DNA from: an uncultured Phycisphaerales bacterium
GTDB taxonomy: Bacteria; Planctomycetota; Phycisphaerae; Phycisphaerales; SM1A02
Direction: 5' to 3'
Assembly (NCBI GenBank): GCA_938084645.1
Contig: CALKEP010000035.1
Span: forward strand, 1-15,160
DNA: 15,160 nucleotides
Shown: piece after piece, positions 8,719-15,160 of the stretch
Layout of the letters: each line of letters opens with the position of its first letter
How positions within the stretch are numbered: position 1 is the first letter of the stretch
Program-made: the position numbers and the translations under genes
The notes under the pieces: generated by a model
Databases searched by the model: none
Told to the model about the DNA's origin: nothing
The model's input: the letters and a program-made list of their open reading frames with translations, nothing else

Positions 8719-9831
8719 TCAGGCGTTTTCCCGACGGGCTTCCAGTTCGAGATCGCGGAGCCGCGCTCCGAGCAGCCCGCCGGCCGCCCACGCAAGCACC
8801 GCATTCAGGATGATCGCGCCGAGCAACGCCCAGGCCCCGATCTGGCCTTCGACGGGAATGAGCGTGCTCCCCTCCAGCAGGAACAGCCCGATCGCGAGTC
8901 CGAAGACGTCGATCATCGCCCACTGGGACGCGATCCTGGTGCGGAGCATGGCGATCCGGAATCGAGCCGGTGATCGCCCGAGCATCCACGTGCCGGCGAG
9001 GACCAGCAGCCGTACCGTCGGCATGACCACGAGACCGCCGGCGACCACGAAGGCGAACAGGAACTGCTCCGTCTTCCACAACGTCGCGATCGTCCCGAGG
9101 ATGCTGTACGAGTTGTCGGTCAGATACCAGGCGGTGATCTTCAGGAACGGGAGTTCGATCGCGATCCCGAGACTCAGAAACGAACCGAGCAGCAGGACCG
9201 GCACCGCGAATCGACGCCATCCCGATCCGAGCGAGGGGCGGGGCCGTCGGTCCGTCGGGAGCTCCGGCGGCGCTTCGGCCCGCTCGTGCAGATAGGCCAT
9301 CACCTCCCCCGTGGTCATCGCGAGCAGGATCGCACCCATGAAGAGGTAGAGCCCCGGCTTGACGTCGGTGACGAAGAGACTTCCCTGCTCGTGCGCGAGC
9401 ACGATGAGCACCAGGGCCACGAAGACATCCAGCAGCGACCATCGCCCGAGCGAGCCCAGGATCTTCAGACCTCGCCCGCGCGCGGTGGCACGGAGTGGGT
9501 AGAACCACAGGGTGAAGAGTGACAGCACCTTCACGAATGGAAAGACGAGGGAGAAGCCGGCGATCAGGATCGCCACCCAGTAGAGCTTCAGGGTCGTCCA
9601 CATCAGACTGACGGTGTGCGGAATGCTGTACGCCTCGGGCGCCGCCGGGAAGATCTTGATCTCCAGGAACGGCACCTTCAGGGCGACGATGTTCATCGTG
9701 AACGACGCCACCAGACAGGCCGGGATCGCCCAGACCGCGACGGACCGGTCGAACTTGAACGCGAGCGGAGCATGCGGCTCCGCGGCGCGGGCGGCCCGGA
9801 TCGCCGACTTGTCCTTGATCTCAAGGTTCAT
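8719..9831 (-). CDS. Paraquat-inducible protein A (PqiA) family membrane protein, two tandem domains
   Basis: Internally duplicated TM units with YSIPHTV/YSILGTI, FSLVFPFVK/LVVMPTVR and GRWSLLDVFV/SQWAMIDVFG (PqiA WSMLDVF-like motif). ATG at 9831 chosen as start. Confidence 0.85.
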   Translation of the reverse strand: MNLEIKDKSAIRAARAAEPHAPLAFKFDRSVAVWAIPACLVASFTMNIVALKVPFLEIKIFPAAPEAYSIPHTVSLMWTTLKLYWVAILIAGFSLVFPFVKVLSLFTLWFYPLRATARGRGLKILGSLGRWSLLDVFVALVLIVLAHEQGSLFVTDVKPGLYLFMGAILLAMTTGEVMAYLHERAEAPPELPTDRRPRPSLGSGWRRFAVPVLLLGSFLSLGIAIELPFLKITAWYLTDNSYSILGTIATLWKTEQFLFAFVVAGGLVVMPTVRLLVLAGTWMLGRSPARFRIAMLRTRIASQWAMIDVFGLAIGLFLLEGSTLIPVEGQIGAWALLGAIILNAVLAWAAGGLLGARLRDLELEARRENA

Positions 9832-9924
9832 CCTGCAGGGATCGGTCCGGGGCCTCCGCGACCCGCAGAAAACATCGCCCTCGGCCCTCTCGACCCGTCT
9901 CGCCGGCATTGCGGCAGCCAAAAT

Positions 9925-9960
9925 CACACATGCCCCGCCGTTGAAGGCGAGGCATGTGCA
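9925..9960 (-). terminator. Putative intrinsic terminator or attenuator hairpin
   Basis: Minus strand CACATGCC-T-CGCC-TTCAAC-GGCG-G-GGCATGTG (13-bp stem with one U-G pair) followed by TGATTTT. Confidence 0.45.
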
Positions 9961-10232
9961 TTCCCTTTGCCCGATCTTCGCCGCGAGGCGAGCACGGGCT
10001 CCCTTTTCCCAGATTCTCCAGTCACCGGACACAGAACCGGCCGACCGGAGAGGCAGCGTCCGAACCGAAGTTCGAACGTCCCTCTGCCCCATCTGGATAC
10101 GCCTGAGGATACGGGATTGTTCCCCCTCCTGATTCAGGAATGCCTGAAATCATCATGAATCTCCTCGCGCGACCGATGCAGCGTCCGAAAACATGGCTTT
10201 CGTCGCTCCGGGTCGGCCGAGAAGCCGCCCTC

Positions 10233-11321
10233 CTACTCGAGGGAGTCGCGTTGCCATGCAAGCTCGATGAGCACCGCGCCGTGATCGGATGGGAAGGACC
10301 GGTCGACGATCGGAATCGCATCCTCCTCCCAGATCAGCGGATACACGATCCCGCCGATCGGCCGCAACGACCAGGCCTTCGTTCGACCGCCATCCGCCTC
10401 GCCGCCCGGGGTGTCGGGACGACCTTCGCCGCTCGGCTCATGGACATAGAGGCGATCGATCCGCTCGAATCCCTGGGCCTTGCCGCCGCTGGTCCGAAAC
10501 ATGGGCGACCAGGTGATCCCGGGTCGCTGGACGGGATTGGGGTGGACGGTTCGAAACGTGTCGATGAAGCCCGCGTCGGCCATCGCCACACTCACCGGAA
10601 GATCGAGGTCCCGCCGGCGCTTGAAGACCCGCGTGGTGTCGAGCGTCCAGTCGAGGTGCGAGGGTGTGTTGAAGTCGCCACCGACCAGCACCGGAATCGT
10701 GGCTTCGAGATGACCCAGTCCGTCGAGCCGCGTCACGATGCGCTCCGCCTGCGGAAGCCGACTGGAACGGACGAACTCGGATTCGAGGAGATCGGCGTCG
10801 CTCATGTCGGGCTCGTCGCGCAGCCGTCGCGTGATGTAGTCCCGATAGTCGAGCCAGATGCTCCAGGCGATGAACTCGCGCGATCGGTCGTCGATCAGCC
10901 TCGCCCCGACCGCGTGCCATGGTTCGTGGGTGAATCGCTCCGCGATCTCGTACCGGGTGAGCACGCACAGGTGCGGACTCTCCCCCTGCCACTGGTTCCA
11001 GCCGAGTTCACCGGCGAGCCAGGTGCCGAGCAACGGACGATCCCCGTCGATGTCGTAGCTCTCCTGCATCAGGACGACGTCGGCGTTCGATTCACGAATC
11101 ACCGCGAGCGCCTTCTCCGGCCCGTCCTTCACGTCGTTGGACCCATGCAGCACGTTCCAGACCAGGACCCGCATGACATCGGGGACCGGGTCGGGATCCT
11201 GCCCGGTGGCGACCGGGCCGGGAGAGGCGCAACCGGCGACGAGCGCGAGCGCCACCATGCCCGCGAAGACCGACGAGATGCGACAGGAAGGGTGTTTGGT
11301 CGACATGGCGTGCGTTTCCAT
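10233..11321 (-). CDS. Endonuclease/exonuclease/phosphatase (EEP) family lipoprotein
   Basis: VLVWNVLHG, DVVLMQES, GGDFNTPSHLDW, DTFRTVHP, RIDRLY, PSDHGAV; lipobox LVAG-C. Start at 11321 or 11306. Confidence 0.9.
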   Translation of the reverse strand: METHAMSTKHPSCRISSVFAGMVALALVAGCASPGPVATGQDPDPVPDVMRVLVWNVLHGSNDVKDGPEKALAVIRESNADVVLMQESYDIDGDRPLLGTWLAGELGWNQWQGESPHLCVLTRYEIAERFTHEPWHAVGARLIDDRSREFIAWSIWLDYRDYITRRLRDEPDMSDADLLESEFVRSSRLPQAERIVTRLDGLGHLEATIPVLVGGDFNTPSHLDWTLDTTRVFKRRRDLDLPVSVAMADAGFIDTFRTVHPNPVQRPGITWSPMFRTSGGKAQGFERIDRLYVHEPSGEGRPDTPGGEADGGRTKAWSLRPIGGIVYPLIWEEDAIPIVDRSFPSDHGAVLIELAWQRDSLE

Positions 11322-11514
11322 TCGGCGGCTCGAGAGAAGCCCTCGTCGACGCGAGGGACGCAGAGGCCCGGCGAGGGTGCGGCGTTCACGGTACCGGGAT
11401 CTGACGGATTCGACCGCCGACCACCACGCACGTCGCGACCACATCGATATATTCGACCCGACGCCTCACGGCGCGATTCGAACCCGCACCCCGTCGACGA
11501 CCTGGAGCGATCCA

Positions 11515-12021
11515 ATGCCCGCTCGATTCCCGCTCGCGATCCGCCATGCCCTGATCGGCCTCGTGTCGGCGATCACCGCGATGGCGATCGGTGGATGCAC
11601 GAACACCGGAAGCGGGCTCGGGACGGCGCCGGACCCTCGGGCCGAGGGCGAGATGGTCTTCTACCGCCTCGACGGTGATCACTATCCGGGCGATCCAACA
11701 CCACCCGGCGCCGAACTGCTGCATGGCCACCTGGTGCTGAAGGCCTGTCCGATCGATGATCGCGATACCCGCGAGACGATTCTCAACGCCTTCGACGCCG
11801 GCATCGCCGACCATCGGGGCGGCGTCCCCGTCGACTGCTTCCGCCCACGACACGCGATCCGCATCGTGCGGAACGGCGTCACCACCGACCACCTGATCTG
11901 CTTTCAGTGCTCGAACTGGATGACCTGGACCGATGGCGAACAGACAGGCGGCGGTGACACCTCCGACCGACCCCGCGAGACCTTCGATCGAATCCTCGAC
12001 GACTGTGCGGCCTCGAGCTGA
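11515..12021 (+). CDS. Hypothetical lipoprotein with CFxPRH...ICFxC motif
   Basis: ATG at 11515 with GGAG RBS; signal peptide ending IGG-C; 168 aa; CFRPRHAI and LICFQC motifs. Confidence 0.8.
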   Translation: MPARFPLAIRHALIGLVSAITAMAIGGCTNTGSGLGTAPDPRAEGEMVFYRLDGDHYPGDPTPPGAELLHGHLVLKACPIDDRDTRETILNAFDAGIADHRGGVPVDCFRPRHAIRIVRNGVTTDHLICFQCSNWMTWTDGEQTGGGDTSDRPRETFDRILDDCAASS

Positions 12022-12064
12022 TCATCGCATCGCCTGAAGGCCGTCCGTGGAGACGCATCCCCCC

Positions 12065-12337
12065 ATGCCCCTCTCACCCGAAGACAAGAAGCGCATCGAA
12101 GAAGAGGAATACCGCCGTGCGGTCCGGGCCGAGATGGAGCGACGGGTGTCCGCCGAGGTCGACCTGCGATCGACGACCCGCGTCGAGACCCATGGCGTGG
12201 CGCGGGAGATCTATCGAGACTGGAAGACCGGCATGCGCGGATGTGTCGGACTCGTGGCGGCGATCTTCTTCACGATCGTGGTGGTGGTCGTGATCTACGG
12301 CGTCCTCAACGAAGGCTGGTTCGCCACCACGCCTTGA
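12065..12337 (+). CDS. Hypothetical small protein with charged N-terminal helix and C-terminal TM segment
   Basis: MPLSPEDKKRIEEEEYRRAVRAEMERR...CVGLVAAIFFTIVVVVVIYGVL; GGAG upstream; alternative GTG start at 12047. Confidence 0.7.
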   Translation: MPLSPEDKKRIEEEEYRRAVRAEMERRVSAEVDLRSTTRVETHGVAREIYRDWKTGMRGCVGLVAAIFFTIVVVVVIYGVLNEGWFATTP

Positions 12338-12409
12338 CCTCGCTTCGGGGGCGGCACCTGGTCCTGCCCGGCACCGGCTCCCGCACCCGCCCTCCTTGCG
12401 ATGCCGGCT

Positions 12410-12724
12410 TCAGGGCTCCACGCAGCGGCTGAACCGGCCGGTCTGGGACGAGCCCGCCACGGGGAACCACGTCACACCACGGTCGGGCGAAGTTTCGGCG
12501 GGCAGGTCCGACGCGCCTTCGTAGCCGTATCCCCCGGCCGGGAGGATCGCGCCATCCGTGCAGATGATGTACGGCCCGCGCGGCACCATGCGAATGCCGA
12601 TGCGCTCGATGTCGCGGCCCCGCGGTGGCAGGAGATCGGTCACGGTGCATCGTTCGAAATCGACCGGCCCGATGACTGGATCGAGGCCCCGGTGTCGCCC
12701 GTCGCGGGACACGATTATCGACAC
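12410..12724 (-). pseudogene. Possible remnant of a BNR/Asp-box (sialidase-like) gene
   Basis: GPYIICTDGAILPAGGYG followed by the Asp-box SPDRGVTW (12467-12490); third codon positions strongly G/C in this frame; no signal peptide and too short for a propeller. Confidence 0.35.
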
Positions 12725-12845
12725 GTGCCCGTTTGGAACGGATCAGACGCTTTCCGTTTCGAGTTCGTGAGGCGTGAGATAAAGTCTTGGTATCGGCTCC
12801 CGCTGCGTGCGGCCCGCTTCCGGCTCCCTTGGATTGGAAATCAAC

Positions 12846-15113
12846 ATGCGATGGCAGCGAATCCTCCGGGTGTGCTTGTTCGCATCGATGACGGTGACGA
12901 TCGCCTTCACGATGGATGCCGGCACCCACGCCGGCCGAACCACGGATCGTGGACCGCAAGGGAACATCCTGCTCCTCATCATCGATGATGCCGGCTTCGA
13001 TCAGCTCACTTCCTTCAACTACGACCGACGGACCGGCCTCCCCAACGCCTTCGACTCGGCTCGGACGCCGACCCTCGATGCGATCGCGCGGAGGGGCGTT
13101 CGTTTCATGAACACCTGGGCGATGCCGGATTGTTCGCCGAGCCGATCCACGTTGTTCACGGGCCGGTATCCGATGCGGACCGGGGTCATGAACGCCTGCC
13201 TGCCGTCGGACCTTCCCGTGTCCCAGGTCTCGCCCTACGAAGTCACGATCGCCGAGATCCTCGAAGACCAGGGCTACCAGCAGCACTACGTCGGCAAGTG
13301 GCACCTCGGTGATCCGACCCTGAATCCGGCCGGCCCGGCCATGACCTTCGCGGCGGGCTTTCCCAGTTTCGATGGAACGCCCTACGGGGGCCCGGCCTTC
13401 ATCGACCGCACGCTTGCCGGCCAACTCTCCACGGATGCGCAGGGGATCTACTCCTGCGGCTTTCCGATCGATCCATTCACGAACGAGCCGGCCGTCTGCG
13501 CGTGCGCCTACGAATCGACCGGCGACGACGATGATCCCGTCCCGCAATGGACCGACGCCAGCCCCGGCTTCGATGCCATCGACTGTCTCGCCAGCGGCGG
13601 GGTCCCCATGGTCGAGCCCAACGGCGAGCCCATCATGATCGGATCCGCCGACGCGTGGGCCCGGATCGAGTTCACGGATTCCGCGACCGACTCGGAATTC
13701 TGGAACGGGTACTACGTCATGCCCCGGGCACAGGTCGATTCCCCCGAAGCGATTCTGGACGTGCAGCGCGGTTATGCGACCACCCTCGACACCGATCGCG
13801 CGATCGACTGGATGCAGAACGAACGGACGCCCGACCAGCCGTGGTTCCTCACCGTCTCCTACGAGAGCATCCACACGCCGTATCAGCAGGCGCCCAACGA
13901 CCTTCGAATTCCGGGGCGCTCCTGGCCGCGGGATCTTCCGCAGGTCTGCGCCAGCCAGAACTGGGTGTCCCCGGGAGACGTCGAGCGCGCACAAAGAGAG
14001 CTCACCCGACAGATGCTCGAAGGCATCGACCTCGAAGTCCGACGACTGCTCGTCGATTCGGAGGTCGCCGTGTTCGAGGGCGATGAACTGGTTTCGATCG
14101 ATCCCTCCGTCACCATCATCATGATCGGCGACAACGGCACGTACTACCCGAGCGTGGAGTTCCCCTTCGATTTCGCCCGCGCCAAGGCCACCGTCTACCA
14201 GACCGGCGTCTCCGTGCCGCTGTCGGTGACCGGCTCGATCGTCGAGCAGCCCGGCCGAATCAACCGGAACCTCGTGAACATCGCGGATCTCTTCGTCCTG
14301 CTCGGCGAACTCGCCGGCGTCGATGTCCTGGATGAAGTCCCGCCGACGCACATCATCGACGGAAGGCCCATGCTTCGCTATCTGGTCGACGCCGGCGACG
14401 TTCCGCCGGCCCGCACCATCAACTTCGCCCAACTCGGCGAGAACCAGCACCCCCTGGGCACCGTCTACGGCCCGTGCGTCTTCGAATCGCTCGGCGTCTG
14501 CACGGACAGCATTCTCTTCAGCCAGTCGCTGTGCGAGGATTCCGGCGGCGTCTGGTACGGCCCCGGCTCCGACTTCGACTGCGGAACGTCGAAGCGACCG
14601 CTCGACTGCGCAACCTGCCTCCAGCTCGAGGATTCGCCGGGATTCCCGGAGACGTTCACGATCCTGCCGCTGGCCCAGGAAGCCGTGACCGACGGCAGGT
14701 TCAAGCTCATTCAGAATCACATCGAGACCGACTCGGGATCCGCGATCACCTTCGAGTTCTACGATCTCCGAGACTGCCCGGGGGCGGATCGACTCCCCGG
14801 CGAACTCGGCGTCGACTACGGCGAAAACGCGCCGGCCGGGCTCGACTGCAGTCTCCCGCTCGACGACCTCGGCCCGATCCAGACGGCGGCGTTTCTCGAT
14901 CTCTATCAGGCCCTTCAGGACCAGTTGCAATCCGAGATCCCCTGTCCGGGCGATGGGAACCTCGACAAGCGAGTCGACGCGGCCGACATCGGCGGGCTCC
15001 TGCAGTACTGGGGCCCGCAATCAAGCGTCTACGACCTCAATCAGGACGCGGTCACGGACGTCATCGATCTCGGGCTGTTGCTGGTGTATTGGAATCCCGA
15101 CTGCACCCGATGA
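12846..15113 (+). CDS. Secreted Cys-type (formylglycine-dependent) sulfatase with C-terminal dockerin-like domain
   Basis: Signal peptide; NILLLIIDD, TPTLD, CSPSRSTLFTGRY (CxPxR, Cys at 13131), GKWHLG, IHTPY, IGDNGT, DGR; C-terminal CPGDGNLDKRVDAADIGGLL..W...DLNQDAVTDVIDLGLLLVYW. Confidence 0.92.
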   Translation: MRWQRILRVCLFASMTVTIAFTMDAGTHAGRTTDRGPQGNILLLIIDDAGFDQLTSFNYDRRTGLPNAFDSARTPTLDAIARRGVRFMNTWAMPDCSPSRSTLFTGRYPMRTGVMNACLPSDLPVSQVSPYEVTIAEILEDQGYQQHYVGKWHLGDPTLNPAGPAMTFAAGFPSFDGTPYGGPAFIDRTLAGQLSTDAQGIYSCGFPIDPFTNEPAVCACAYESTGDDDDPVPQWTDASPGFDAIDCLASGGVPMVEPNGEPIMIGSADAWARIEFTDSATDSEFWNGYYVMPRAQVDSPEAILDVQRGYATTLDTDRAIDWMQNERTPDQPWFLTVSYESIHTPYQQAPNDLRIPGRSWPRDLPQVCASQNWVSPGDVERAQRELTRQMLEGIDLEVRRLLVDSEVAVFEGDELVSIDPSVTIIMIGDNGTYYPSVEFPFDFARAKATVYQTGVSVPLSVTGSIVEQPGRINRNLVNIADLFVLLGELAGVDVLDEVPPTHIIDGRPMLRYLVDAGDVPPARTINFAQLGENQHPLGTVYGPCVFESLGVCTDSILFSQSLCEDSGGVWYGPGSDFDCGTSKRPLDCATCLQLEDSPGFPETFTILPLAQEAVTDGRFKLIQNHIETDSGSAITFEFYDLRDCPGADRLPGELGVDYGENAPAGLDCSLPLDDLGPIQTAAFLDLYQALQDQLQSEIPCPGDGNLDKRVDAADIGGLLQYWGPQSSVYDLNQDAVTDVIDLGLLLVYWNPDCTR

Positions 15114-15160
15114 TGCCGGACCGGAGGTCCGACGCGAATGAACCACGGCGTGCGATGCGC

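Noticed and set aside
8618..9601. N-terminal extension of the 934-aa ORF in the track
   Set aside because: Overlaps pqiA in another frame; the ATG at 8617 has a GAGGAG RBS and a lipoprotein signal peptide.
12401..12988. 195-aa plus-strand ORF
   Set aside because: No motifs, overlaps the sulfatase start, and the opposite-strand frame shows better codon bias.
14606..14620. CATC (CxxC) in the sulfatase as a heme-binding site
   Set aside because: Not followed by His, so it is not a CxxCH motif.
12306..15020. 904-aa antisense ORF (also 4435-6270, 7067-8662, 10140-11678, 998-2416, 5850-7055)
   Set aside because: Shadow ORFs opposite well-supported genes; expected in high-GC DNA, Arg/Gly/Pro-rich and without recognisable motifs.
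1..15160. CRISPR arrays, tRNA/rRNA genes, transposases, integrases, defence systems
   Set aside because: No regularly spaced repeats, cloverleaf-like sequences or relevant protein motifs were seen by eye.

Overview
GC-rich, gene-dense bacterial chromosomal segment. It is probably from Planctomycetota (Phycisphaerales-like); this is inferred from two proteins ending in the paired 'D-L-N-x-D-G-x-V-D-G-x-D-L-G-x-L-L-x-x-W' dockerin-like tail. Left to right: the end of a polysaccharide locus (split PssD/PssE, i.e. Alg14/Alg13-like, glycosyltransferase pair); a minus-strand run of two small membrane proteins plus an RluA-family pseudouridine synthase; and a homogentisate (Tyr/Phe catabolism) cluster in which hmgA and a coupled DUF192 gene converge on a conserved hypothetical gene coupled to fahA. 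No maleylacetoacetate isomerase or hppD is present in the window. The rest is a block of envelope/secreted proteins: a dockerin-tailed lipoprotein, an orphan two-domain PqiA, an EEP-family lipoprotein, a Cys/His-motif lipoprotein, a small membrane protein and a dockerin-tailed Cys-type sulfatase. I found no rRNA, tRNA, CRISPR array or mobile element. Best leads: (i) the unannotated gene coupled to fahA as a candidate for the missing isomerase step; (ii) a structured 400-bp spacer upstream of pqiA; (iii) an apparent Asp-box/sialidase-like gene remnant upstream of the sulfatase.
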